Source: a virus. From it: a DNA stretch of 64,000 bases. Positions 28,636 to 38,083 of the stretch are shown in pieces; within the stretch, counting starts at the first letter, position 1; the number at the start of each line of letters is the position of its first letter. The stretch is taken from positions 35,041 to 99,040 of the IMG/VR virus record IMGVR_UViG_3300013132_000033, one strand, 5' to 3'. The notes under the pieces are model-generated. The model did no database searches. It had not been told where the DNA came from and saw nothing but the letters and a program-made list of their open reading frames with translations. Both the position numbers and the translations under genes were made by a program.

Positions 28636-29176
28636 AAGAAATATTGACTATCTTTAATTGCATTGCAAAATTATTTTTACAATATTGTTTCCAATATTTT
28701 GATGTATAATGATCTGGAGTTTCCAATCGTCTAAGAAATATTTGAATTCCTAACTTTAACTTTTTGTCTTCAGTATTTTTAAATACTTCTTTTAGATTAG
28801 CAATTCTTAACCTTAATTTATTAGTTTCTAGATTTAATTGACGTTTATCAATTAAACCTGGAATACCAGTAGTATATGCTAATATACCATCAGTATGATA
28901 ATTTGGAGGATCTTTGGGTTCATTTACTGATTGCTGATAAGGTTTATTACTAGCTTCCTCTGCGGGAATGCGAAATACATAGTGTTTTCTAACACCACTT
29001 TTAGTTTCACATTCCCAAACTTCTCCAGCGTATTTAACTCCATCATGCATTTTATACATAATGTAGTTATTATAACCTCTAAGACCTAAAAATTTAATTT
29101 TTTTAACTAATTCACCAGCATTATCTCTATGAGATGACCAATATGTATATGCCCATTCCCATTGTATTTTACTCAT
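28616..29176 (-). CDS. Hypothetical protein
   Basis: Coupled ORF. Confidence 0.55.
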   Translation of the reverse strand: MSKIQWEWAYTYWSSHRDNAGELVKKIKFLGLRGYNNYIMYKMHDGVKYAGEVWECETKSGVRKHYVFRIPAEEASNKPYQQSVNEPKDPPNYHTDGILAYTTGIPGLIDKRQLNLETNKLRLRIANLKEVFKNTEDKKLKLGIQIFLRRLETPDHYTSKYWKQYCKNNFAMQLKIVNISYGKLDL

Positions 29177-29805
29177 ATTATTATTGAGTAGTATAGATCG
29201 CGAATAAACTTGTTTTTACTATGATTTATTCTAGCATCTTGAAATAATACAAAATCAATAGCAGTAATTAATTTGTCATGATTTTTGTCTAATGCTTTTA
29301 AATATTTATTACTTGTAGAAGAAAGAATATCTTTACCATAATTACTAGGTGAAAAATTAATAATATGAAAGTCAATAGGTGTTTTCATAGATTTTAAAAA
29401 TCTACGATTTACACTTCTTAAAAACTTTTCATGAATTTTTATTTGTTCACTTACATTCATATTAGTATATTCTTCAGGATTTGTTTTTAAGTTTAATAAA
29501 TTTGTTACAGTTATCTGATGAATACCAACACTATTATCTCCTGACTTAACATTAGTTTTTAAACCAGATTCACAATAAGCTACAATAGTAGCTGCTCTTG
29601 CAAATTCAGTTGGTGAAATACTAATTAGACTATCTTTTAATAATCTTTCCCCACATTTTGTGTATTCAAAAAATACACGTTCTTCAAAACTTATAGGTTG
29701 AATTGAGTCTGTTTTTATTGTTCTGGCGGGGATCTCATAATGATAATTTTTTACAACAGTACAGTTTGTAAGCACTATTGTAATAAGTAAAATTAAATGT
29801 TTCAT
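29173..29805 (-). CDS. Lytic transglycosylase-like exported protein or lipoprotein
   Basis: Hydrophobic N-terminus ending LTNC; CESGL...VGIHQI lysozyme-like motif; LDKNHDKLIT EF-hand-like motif. Confidence 0.55.
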   Translation of the reverse strand: MKHLILLITIVLTNCTVVKNYHYEIPARTIKTDSIQPISFEERVFFEYTKCGERLLKDSLISISPTEFARAATIVAYCESGLKTNVKSGDNSVGIHQITVTNLLNLKTNPEEYTNMNVSEQIKIHEKFLRSVNRRFLKSMKTPIDFHIINFSPSNYGKDILSSTSNKYLKALDKNHDKLITAIDFVLFQDARINHSKNKFIRDLYYSIII

Positions 29806-29867
29806 AAAAGGTAAAATTAAAAGACTGGAGATTTAAATAAAAAACCTCCAGTCTAATAAATGAATAA

Positions 29868-30314
29868 TTATTCAACGTTTTCGTTCAGCCAATTTTTCAA
29901 GGCAACTGCACGTTCATACATGTCAGTTTTACCTCCCGGGGTAATTTTGTTTTTGATCATTTCACGAAGAGCGTCACCTGCTGTAAAGAGCATTGCAAAA
30001 GCAGCATTTACATTATTTGATGCAATTCGTCTGTAATCGGGACTGTTTTGAATGGCTTGAAGTGCTACTTTTTCTCCAAACGGAGTAAGTTTACCTTCAG
30101 GTGTTACATACCCTTGTTGTGTCAGTTCTTCTAAACCTTTTGTAAAGATTTCGGAACCTGTCCAATTAGGGTCAAACAGCGTATCCATAAATGGAGATGC
30201 TGCTTTTTCTTCGTCACGACGTGGAGAAGTGCGAATCATTGTGGCGATTAACACCATTGTAGAGATCAATGATCTCTTAGTACTTACTGGAACTTGATTG
30301 TCTGTTGTTGACAT
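29868..30314 (-). CDS. Hypothetical protein
   Basis: 148-aa ORF followed by a hairpin at about 29822-29854. Confidence 0.55.
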   Translation of the reverse strand: MSTTDNQVPVSTKRSLISTMVLIATMIRTSPRRDEEKAASPFMDTLFDPNWTGSEIFTKGLEELTQQGYVTPEGKLTPFGEKVALQAIQNSPDYRRIASNNVNAAFAMLFTAGDALREMIKNKITPGGKTDMYERAVALKNWLNENVE

Positions 30315-30543
30315 ATAAAAAAAGTTTTAAAATTACAAAATTAAAAAAATACTGCTAGAAACCCACCTTCTAGATCAATTCTATTTGCAAACCACCCTTC
30401 ACAATGATAAGATATAATAGAATTGGTTTTTCTTAAACTACAGTATTTAGCTATACAGGTCATCTTCTTGACTAATAGGCCAGCATAATGTTTACATCAT
30501 GTTCGCCCGGAATCGCACCGTATTTAAATCAATGCTGTATAGT

Positions 30544-30602
30544 TGGTAGGGAGGGAAGGACTCGAACCTTCAATTAAGAGCTCTACCTTTGAGCTACCTC
30601 CC
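30544..30602 (-). ncRNA. tRNA-like RNA lacking the anticodon arm
   Basis: GGGAGG-TAGCTCAAAGGTAGAGC-(8 nt)-GAAGGTTCGAGTCCTTC-CCTCCC-T-ACCA. Confidence 0.65.
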
Positions 30603-30609
30603 AATAAAA

Positions 30610-30876
30610 TTAGCAATCTCCGTTACACGGATATTCACAAGTACCAAAATAACTACATTTTTGAGTGTAACCAGTTGGTGAACTTGAATCTTCCCATGCA
30701 CCTGAAATAATAAGCCATGAATTACCATATTTTTTTGCTGATGATAATGGTAATAAATTACACCAATTATCTTCTTGTCGAACTAGATTAACTCGATCAC
30801 GATAAGATTTATTACGAGCTTCTTTACGTTTATTAGCTCGTTCTTTACGCTTTTGAATCTTTTCGCTACGTTTCAT
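30610..30876 (-). CDS. Small basic, Cys-rich hypothetical protein
   Basis: K/R-rich N-terminus; C-terminal C..C.YPCNGDC. Confidence 0.55.
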   Translation of the reverse strand: MKRSEKIQKRKERANKRKEARNKSYRDRVNLVRQEDNWCNLLPLSSAKKYGNSWLIISGAWEDSSSPTGYTQKCSYFGTCEYPCNGDC

Positions 30877-30878
30877 AA

Positions 30879-31571
30879 CTAATTAATGATTTTATAAACT
30901 AAACCCACATTAATAGCAAAGTTTGTCATTCTTGCTGGTTTTGTTTTATAAGCACTAACATCAATTTCCCAAATTCCTTCTAATTGTACAGCACAATTTC
31001 GAATAAAAGTATAATTAATACCACTATTTACTCTTAAAATATGCCCGTAATTGATACCTAAATCATTTGCAACAAACCATTCTCTAAGAAGATTTTTAGC
31101 TTTTCGATTGTGCATACTGTTAATTAGAGTTTGTGTTCCCCAACCCCAGTCTTTTACAAACTTGTATCCGCAAAAGAAATTTATAAACAAATCATCTTCA
31201 ATATAAAATTTATCAAACAATCCTAATTCAACTCCAACACGTGGTGCAGTAATAGTAGATGGCGATGTTGCTATTTCTACGTTTACAGAAAATGGTAAAT
31301 TTTCAGGTTTGACAAATATTTTAGCTCCTGCACGAGGTTGATATACATTAGTATTAATACGATATACTTCTTTAAATTTTTCAAATGTATATTCTTCAGT
31401 ATCTGGTACAAAAATTGAAATAGATTTGTACAACGGATAATAATTAGTTGTTTCTAAATTTGCTTTATGTGTTAATACACCTACACCTCCAAATACACTA
31501 ACATAACTTTTAATTTGAGCATTAACTATAGTAGATAAAAAAAGTAAAAATAAAAAAAGAATTTTTTTCAT
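30879..31571 (-). CDS. Putative outer-membrane beta-barrel protein
   Basis: Signal peptide ending VNA|Q; alternating beta-strand patterns; C-terminal FAINVGLVYK. Confidence 0.55.
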   Translation of the reverse strand: MKKILFLFLLFLSTIVNAQIKSYVSVFGGVGVLTHKANLETTNYYPLYKSISIFVPDTEEYTFEKFKEVYRINTNVYQPRAGAKIFVKPENLPFSVNVEIATSPSTITAPRVGVELGLFDKFYIEDDLFINFFCGYKFVKDWGWGTQTLINSMHNRKAKNLLREWFVANDLGINYGHILRVNSGINYTFIRNCAVQLEGIWEIDVSAYKTKPARMTNFAINVGLVYKIIN

Positions 31572-31602
31572 TAATTTAATTTTTGTAAATTGAATTTATT
31601 AG

Positions 31603-31707
31603 TGACCAAGACAGGATTCGAACCTGTACGGGATTCTGAGTCATTACTTCCTCTCGATGTTCCTCCCAGTATATTTCAACTTACGTCTACCATTTCGCCA
31701 CTTGGTC
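31603..31707 (-). ncRNA. tRNA-Leu-like shell with replaced anticodon/variable region
   Basis: GACCAAG/CTTGGTC-A acceptor, TGGCGAAATGGTAGACG D-arm and ACAGGTTCGAATCCTGT T-arm; no canonical anticodon arm. Confidence 0.65.
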
Positions 31708-31920
31708 AAATTAAAAAATAAAATAAAAACCTTTCCGGTGGGTCACAACTCCCACGTCTCTTCACGTTGTTTGAAGTATTCTGTGTGTACCATACTTGAA
31801 CTACGGAAAGATTTGAGGATGAGAAGTCCTCTGTGTTGTAGTGAGTCTTTTACGTAGAGCTACTACTTCATAAACTTACACTCTGAATAACCATTCCTTT
31901 CTCAAGGGAACAACACTTTG

Positions 31921-32069
31921 TGGTCAGGGAGGGATTTGAACCCTCAAGCACTTTTCTGTGTTCTCTTTACCCAAGCTGGCCTGCTTTGGAGATACTTACT
32001 GTGGCATGAGCAGATTAAATCTGTCGATAGGGTGCTTACACCAGTGCGTCTATATTCCGCCACCTGACC
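31921..32069 (-). ncRNA. tRNA-Leu-like shell with an insert of about 100 nt
   Basis: GGTCAGG/CCTGACC-A acceptor, TGGCGGAATATAGACGC D-arm and GAGGGTTCAAATCCCTC T-arm. Confidence 0.65.
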
Positions 32070-32074
32070 ATATA

Positions 32075-32311
32075 TTATCTTGTTTCTACTTTTATGTGAA
32101 ATAATTTATCAGATAAATTTTTTTCATCAATAATATCACGAATTTGTTCTGCAACTTTTTTATGGTTATAACCAAATACTTCAATACAATACTTTGCTTT
32201 ACCATAATTTTTACTTTTCCAAGTAGGGTTAAAATATGATAATAAATTATCATTTACATGTTTAACTTCATTAGTTTCAGTTGATACATAAAATGTTTCT
32301 GAATGTGGCAT
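32075..32311 (-). CDS. Hypothetical protein
   Basis: 78-aa ORF among the tRNA-like elements. Confidence 0.5.
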   Translation of the reverse strand: MPHSETFYVSTETNEVKHVNDNLLSYFNPTWKSKNYGKAKYCIEVFGYNHKKVAEQIRDIIDEKNLSDKLFHIKVETR

Positions 32312-32603
32312 ATTATTTTATTTTTTTATTTTATAAACAGTTTATAAAGTAAAAATCCAACAGTAGTTAACCAAGCTGAAAGTATCATGCACAAGGCTAT
32401 AATTGCTATTATTTTTATATATATTGCAGCAAATATAAATATAGTTAAAACTATAAAAATAATAATTAATGTTAAGATATTTTTTTTCATATTGATAATG
32501 TTAATTAAGGCTGTTTTCCAACGATCACATTTAACATTACTTACACACCTCCTAGTGGAGATGCGGGATTCGAACCCTATTGTAATGCACCTTGATATTA
32601 TTA

Positions 32604-32758
32604 TAGTCAAAACAGGATTCGATACCTGTACGATGCTCACCCAATCCCAAGCCATCCAGCTACGTTGCTCTTTTTACGGAAAGTTTTATTCGGATGATTA
32701 CAATTAGTATCTCATCTAATTACATCTTTGCTTAGCGTCTATCTTCCGCCACTTGACT
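32604..32758 (-). ncRNA. tRNA-Leu-like shell with an insert of about 105 nt
   Basis: AGTCAAG/TTTGACT-A acceptor, TGGCGGAAGATAGACGC D-arm and ACAGGTATCGAATCCTGT T-arm. Confidence 0.6.
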
Positions 32759-32766
32759 ATGTTTTG

Positions 32767-32899
32767 TACCCGGAACAGGACTCGAACCTACATTGTTGTA
32801 CACCATCCGTAAATAGGTTTTATCTTTAATGTGGGCTTTCTCTTCCCAGAGTGCTTCTCCACAACTTTACGAGCGTCTAACCAATTCCGCCACCTGACC
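32767..32899 (-). ncRNA. Chimeric tRNA-Leu-like shell with insert
   Basis: The 5' end GGTCAGGTGGCGGAATTGGTTAGACGC resembles the element at 32069; the 3' end AGGTTCGAGTCCTGTTCCGGGTA resembles tRNA-Leu at 33044; the acceptor stem is mismatched. Confidence 0.5.
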
Positions 32900-33043
32900 T
32901 TAAAATCTAATTCTATGCTGCCATCAAAGGCTCTATGAATTAGTAACAGTCTAATACCACACCAAACCCTTTCACGGGTACGGGGTCTTGGTTATACCGC
33001 GTTCTCCGGCATGCTCGGAGCGATTATATGGTGTGGATATTCG

Positions 33044-33127
33044 TACCCGGAACAGGACTTGAACCTGTACAACCTTTTGGGTCAAGGGATTTTAAGTCCC
33101 TCGTGTCTACCATTTCACCACCCGGGC
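33044..33127 (-). tRNA. tRNA-Leu(TAA)
   Basis: Full cloverleaf; anticodon arm AGGGA-CTTAAAA-TCCCT; long variable arm. Confidence 0.92.
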
Positions 33128-33134
33128 ATTAATG

Positions 33135-33217
33135 TGGGTAAGAAGGGATTCGAACCCTCAATCCATAATGGCAACAGATTTTAAGTCTGTCGTGTATACC
33201 AGTTCCACCACTTACCC
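33135..33217 (-). tRNA. tRNA-Leu(TAA), second distinct copy
   Basis: Full cloverleaf; anticodon arm ACAGA-CTTAAAA-TCTGT. Confidence 0.92.
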
Positions 33218-33250
33218 ATTGCTAGAGTATTGCTACTCTAGCTTGTGCAT

Positions 33251-33793
33251 TTAAACTACTTCAAATGCGTCTGCAGTTGCTTTTACCAGATTTATAACTT
33301 CTGGTTTAGCATTGGCAGCTTTGCGCTGATCAGTTTCTGTAATTACAGAAACAGTTGCACGACCGGCAACAAGTTGAGTGTGACGATAGATGGGTTTACT
33401 ACCAAACGTTTGTACTTCACCTGTTGCAGGATTGATTTTTGGTTGCTGATTAGGAGCCGCCGGGTTTTGTGTAGTGTTCTCGATAACTTCGATGTTTACT
33501 TCTTGACCCAGTTCAGCAACCAGTTTGTCCGGCGTAGGCCATTGATCAAAAGGAAGTTGAGAATAATCCGCATTGATTGTACCAAAAAGTGTTTGTGCTA
33601 TATCCGCATTGAAGGATAAGAGCGCCATAACGATGCCAGAACCACCAGGATTACCCTGAGCGATTGCCACAAGACGATTTCCGCCTCCAGCGTTAGCATC
33701 AATCACGTCTTTCTGTGCAAATTGTACAGTGACTTGATTTTTTTTGGAATTTGAATTTTGTTTGATTGAACGGATTCTTACTTGACTAGCCAT
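33251..33793 (-). CDS. Hypothetical protein with GC-richer codon usage
   Basis: 180-aa ORF with an AT-rich leader and a downstream hairpin GCTAGAGTA/TACTCTAGC at 33221-33242. Confidence 0.65.
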   Translation of the reverse strand: MASQVRIRSIKQNSNSKKNQVTVQFAQKDVIDANAGGGNRLVAIAQGNPGGSGIVMALLSFNADIAQTLFGTINADYSQLPFDQWPTPDKLVAELGQEVNIEVIENTTQNPAAPNQQPKINPATGEVQTFGSKPIYRHTQLVAGRATVSVITETDQRKAANAKPEVINLVKATADAFEVV

Positions 33794-33834
33794 AAAATTG
33801 AAATTGAAAAATGAAATGAAAAAATGAAAAGAAA

Positions 33835-34230
33835 TTAACGCAAGTTTAATTTTACAATTAAATTTGCGTATTTTTTATAAGCAGGCTCTAAAACTTCTTT
33901 ATTACCGTCAAATGCAATTACTCGCATTTTAACAGGATAATGTTTAGTTTTAGAAAACTTTTTATTTAATAAGTTACTATATTGACTAATAATATTAGTC
34001 ATTTCTTGTTCGTATTGTTTACGAACATCTTCTACAAGAGAGTCATTGTTGAGATTCTCTCTTACAACTTTGTTTTTAGCTTCTAGCGCTTCAAATTCAA
34101 TTTTACGTTCATTAAATTCTTGATAAAACACTGCTTCACAAAGTTTACCGGATACGATTTTACCTATCATAGTATTTTTACTTCTAGGTAAATAAAATTT
34201 ATCTTGAGATTTGTCGTAATATATAATCAT
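33835..34230 (-). CDS. Hypothetical protein
   Basis: ORF track, co-oriented with neighbours. Confidence 0.55.
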   Translation of the reverse strand: MIIYYDKSQDKFYLPRSKNTMIGKIVSGKLCEAVFYQEFNERKIEFEALEAKNKVVRENLNNDSLVEDVRKQYEQEMTNIISQYSNLLNKKFSKTKHYPVKMRVIAFDGNKEVLEPAYKKYANLIVKLNLR

Positions 34231-34245
34231 AATGTTGAGTTTTAG

Positions 34246-34313
34246 TAGGACGTTCAGGACTCGAACCTGAATAAGACCTTTTTCGGTTATGTTACCAATT
34301 ACATCAACGTCCT
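34246..34313 (-). ncRNA. tRNA-like RNA with a shortened anticodon arm
   Basis: AGGACGT/ACGTCCT-A acceptor, ATGT-AATTGGTA-ACAT D-arm, ACC-GAAAAA-GGT mini-arm and TCAGGTTCGAGTCCTGA T-arm. Confidence 0.6.
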
Positions 34314-34633
34314 GTAAGAGGCTTCAGGAATTTAACCTGATAATTAAGTACCCATGACACCTCTGTTTAATGCTCGGATATAGCCTAGAATTCACCGAGT
34401 CATTGTATTTTAATTGTGCAGTATTCTATATACTGCACTAGCATATTCTTTAATATTTTCGTCAGCCGTACCATCATCAATTTTAGAAATTATTTCATGA
34501 TTAATAAGCCTTCTAGAAGGATCTCTATCATTACTATTTTCGTAATTATTTACCAATTCTTTGTTAGAAATTGGTGGAATATTAATTGATTCTGGTACTC
34601 CTTTTGCCCTAAGAGCATTGTGATATTTTGCCA

Positions 34634-35068
34634 TTACTGTTTCAATTTAAAGTAAACGCGTTTGTTTACTTCCCCTACGTAAGGGTGTTCTACTACTACG
34701 TATACTTCTGAAGGTGCTCCGGTGCTAGCGTAGAGCTGCCAATACGCTCCTTGAGTGTATACTTCATGGATCGCATTAGCTAGTTCAAAGCTGTAATCTT
34801 TCCCGTCTAACATCACTGGCGTAATTAGTATGCCAGTATTGTAGTTAAGGATTTGTTCTTCAAAATTTCCGTAACTATCAGAATGATATTTGAGAACTCT
34901 TTTGTTTAAGTCAAACTGAAAAATTACGTTGTCGTAATTTGCAGTCAAAACTTGAAGTCGGTTATCAACACTGTTGACAACATCTGTCTGGATATTAAAT
35001 CCAGATTGAGCGTTTACAGTTATTACTGCAAACATTAAAATACAAAATGCTGCTATGATTTTACGCAT
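34634..35068 (-). CDS. Secreted hypothetical protein
   Basis: Signal peptide ending VNA|Q. Confidence 0.6.
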   Translation of the reverse strand: MRKIIAAFCILMFAVITVNAQSGFNIQTDVVNSVDNRLQVLTANYDNVIFQFDLNKRVLKYHSDSYGNFEEQILNYNTGILITPVMLDGKDYSFELANAIHEVYTQGAYWQLYASTGAPSEVYVVVEHPYVGEVNKRVYFKLKQ

Positions 35069-35406
35069 GTATTTACTGGTTTTGTATCCTCTTCGAGGAT
35101 GGTTAAAATTAACAAATCAGTTTTCTTTGGCTTTTCTGGTGGTGGTGGGTATAAATTACAAATACACAATTTATATCCACATTTTCTACATACTTCTGGA
35201 TTGAAGTGAGTATAAACAAGATTTGTTGTTAATGCTTTGTTCATACCTTTCAATGCTATAGCAATCGTTCCTAAGTATATGATAAGCGAAAATGTTTTAA
35301 AAACATTAACGTATACATCAGGTATACCAAGTATACTAGGTTTAAATATTATCAACATTAATGTAATAATATTTAAAAGTACATTTACTATAAGTAATTT
35401 TTTCAT
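35053..35406 (-). CDS. Membrane protein with two TM segments and a Cys cluster
   Basis: Two hydrophobic stretches; CRKCGYKLCIC. Confidence 0.55.
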   Translation of the reverse strand: MKKLLIVNVLLNIITLMLIIFKPSILGIPDVYVNVFKTFSLIIYLGTIAIALKGMNKALTTNLVYTHFNPEVCRKCGYKLCICNLYPPPPEKPKKTDLLILTILEEDTKPVNTCVKS

Positions 35407-35422
35407 GAGTTGATTAATTTAG

Positions 35423-35507
35423 AGGGCCCTGGGAGATTCGAACTCCCATTTCTCAAATAAGTTTGAGGTTCTACCTTGTCTTCATTGAGACTTTAAACTA
35501 AGGGCCC
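35423..35507 (-). ncRNA. tRNA-like RNA with expanded D-loop and truncated anticodon loop
   Basis: GGGCCCT/AGGGCCC acceptor, GGGAGTTCGAATCTCCC T-arm and CTCAAA-CTTA-TTTGAG arm. Confidence 0.55.
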
Positions 35508-36009
35508 TTTCTTTTTATATTGGTAATTTACCAACATATCTACTTTGAACTTTCAATACCTTTTTTGCTAATTCTAGCGTTGGTATTGGTCCAATATACT
35601 TGTAAAACTTATTCGGTTTTGCAATGATTTTTAAATTAACTAAAATCATTGCGGCTGTAGTTGACACTTGATACGTGTTTTTAAAATGATTCATACTGGA
35701 TACATTTAAATTATCCAGATTAATGTATAAATCATTTAACATGTTCAAGTATTTTTTTACGGTATGATCATGATTTTTTTTCACAAATGAATTTTCTTTC
35801 TATGAAATTAAAATCAAGCCATAGTGTCCATCTTCCGTCATCATTTGTCAGCTTTATAGCTAAATCATGATGATTAGGAAACTTTTTTCGAAGCATACGC
35901 CTTGTTTTGACGTATGCTTCTTCTTTCGTTTTGTAATCCACTGTGTTTGATAACACAGGATCGGGATCAATAATCCATTTCTGGAATTCTTTTACCTGGA
36001 CCATATTCT

Positions 36010-36405
36010 TTATTTTTCAATAAAAGAATAGGTACAGTCTGATGGCCGGCTGCCTATACCCTCGATCAGAGCATACGCATGCTCTTTTTGCCAATATTCA
36101 AATCTCTTTTGGAGATTGAATTTTGGCGGCATTGGAACGGGCTTTTCTTCCAATATTGCTTTTGCTTTGGCTGCCGTGTATTCTGACATCAATCTTTTGT
36201 CAGCAGGCGTAGGCGTAAGCAACCAATCTCTTTGAAGATCGACACTTACTTTTGCCAAATAATGAGCAGTATTGGGAACACGAACTTTGACAACAATATC
36301 ATTGTTATCTTCATCCTTTTGGATAGCCTCGACTATCCTCACGCCTCTTCCCGGCATCTCAATTTTGAGAATCCGTTCGGTCAGCGAATTGAAATTGATT
36401 TTCAT
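36010..36405 (-). CDS. Hypothetical protein
   Basis: Coupled to the thyX stop codon. Confidence 0.55.
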   Translation of the reverse strand: MKINFNSLTERILKIEMPGRGVRIVEAIQKDEDNNDIVVKVRVPNTAHYLAKVSVDLQRDWLLTPTPADKRLMSEYTAAKAKAILEEKPVPMPPKFNLQKRFEYWQKEHAYALIEGIGSRPSDCTYSFIEK

Positions 36406-37061
36406 ATCTTTAATAGATGTGAACTATGATATTCAGCATCCCATTTGTTTCTTTCTTCTATAGCCGCAATAGCAGCACTTATTGAAGTATCTTTACTAAC
36501 TAAATCCCACATTTTTTGTGCAATTGTTTGAATTTCTAATTGCGCATGTGGACTATTTCGTAAAAACATAAAATGAGCTAAACTACGCAAATTAAATGTA
36601 ACATCAGATTGTATTTCTGAATTGTATAATTTAAAATATCTAGCAGATTCTTTAGCTCTTTGTCTACCATAAATTGGCTCTAATACTTTAATAGCATAAT
36701 GATATAAATCGTTCATATATGCAGTAGCACTTTCAAGTTGTTGTTGCAACTCTTCAGGCCAATCATTAGGTATATAATATTTATCTTCTTTCAGCTCTTT
36801 ATACCTTGCTGATTCAGTGTTAATAGATACTGCAATTCTATGTTTTAAGAATTGAATATGACTGGCAATATCCATATTAATAATAAAATCAATTGTAACT
36901 TTTTCGAAAGGTGTTTCATGTCTTTCAAGCCACAATCTTCTTACAAAAGCGGGTATACGCTCTTGTTTTTGCGGTGTAATTTGAGAATTTGTACTAGCCC
37001 AAGCAGCTTGTGCAATTCTTCTATCATTACCGCTTACTCCTAAGAGTTCAACTGTAATCAT
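36402..37061 (-). CDS. thyX: Flavin-dependent thymidylate synthase
   Basis: HETPFE, QFLKHR, NTESARY, NLRSL..F..LR and HAQLEI. Confidence 0.9.
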   Translation of the reverse strand: MITVELLGVSGNDRRIAQAAWASTNSQITPQKQERIPAFVRRLWLERHETPFEKVTIDFIINMDIASHIQFLKHRIAVSINTESARYKELKEDKYYIPNDWPEELQQQLESATAYMNDLYHYAIKVLEPIYGRQRAKESARYFKLYNSEIQSDVTFNLRSLAHFMFLRNSPHAQLEIQTIAQKMWDLVSKDTSISAAIAAIEERNKWDAEYHSSHLLKI

Positions 37062-38083
37062 AATTAAGGATTAAACCGAAAATACAAGCCCGATATAATA
37101 TCGAGCTTGTAAATGAAATCGGTTGTGAAAAGATATAGCACCCTAACATTTTATTAGGGTCTAGCTGAGAACTTCCTACAGTTTACTAGCAACATATCTC
37201 ATACATTTGCATCTGTATCTTATATTACTATAAGATTTCAATCAGGATTTAGTTTGTTTTCATTAGCATTGCTATATATAATATAAATACAGCAAGTGCT
37301 AATGATATGGTTTTCAATAATGACCATACGAAATGAGGTTCGTATACGTCATTTTTAAAAGGGTTTTGCAACCATTTATCTTTGTGTTTATCTGTTTGAT
37401 TAGCAGAAAGCACAAAGATAAGAAATAAAACTAAACTAAGTATTATCATTATTATTTTTATTTAAATTTATTACTCTTTTAATAAGAGCTTTATGTTTAA
37501 ACTCATATTGTTTATCGGTAGGTTTTAATTTTTTCATACCTTTATAATAATGATATACTTGTTTTAATGTAATAAATACTCCTTCAGGAAGAATATTTTT
37601 ACAAGTATCATCCAATATTATATATGTATTGTATTCAGGATACATTGATACTAATCTTGGCGTAAAACTTAGGTTACCATCATGTTTTTGAATAAGCTTT
37701 AAACACCAATCGGCAAAATCTTGTACATCTTGATGAGTCATAATTCTTTTTCTTTTTCCATGGTTTAATTTATTTATAGCAATTCATTATCATACTAACA
37801 ATTAATAAAATAAAACCTGCAAGCATTTGAAAAAATAAATACACCGTAAAAACAAATACGCTAAATTTTGTAATAAACCACATGTTATGAGGTCTATCAA
37901 ATAATGCAATATAATTAATAACATTATTATTTACATCACGACCAGATTTTAATGTTAATTTTGATTCTTTACGATACCAAAACCAATTTAGAAAAATGAT
38001 TAAATATGTAAATGCAACAGTTCTACAATAAATAATTTCTGCTATTAAAGCATATTTACAAATAATTTCTAAATGTTCCATAA

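Noticed and set aside
32552-32578. tmRNA-like 3' end (GGGTTCGAATCCCGCATCTCCA on the - strand)
   Set aside because: Only a T-arm and acceptor 3' strand are present; no matching 5' end or tag ORF was found.
32326-32707. ORF-track calls 32326..32655 (-) and 32387..32707 (+)
   Set aside because: Both overlap tRNA-like elements. Only a shorter hydrophobic ORF starting MKKNIL (about 32490) is plausible.
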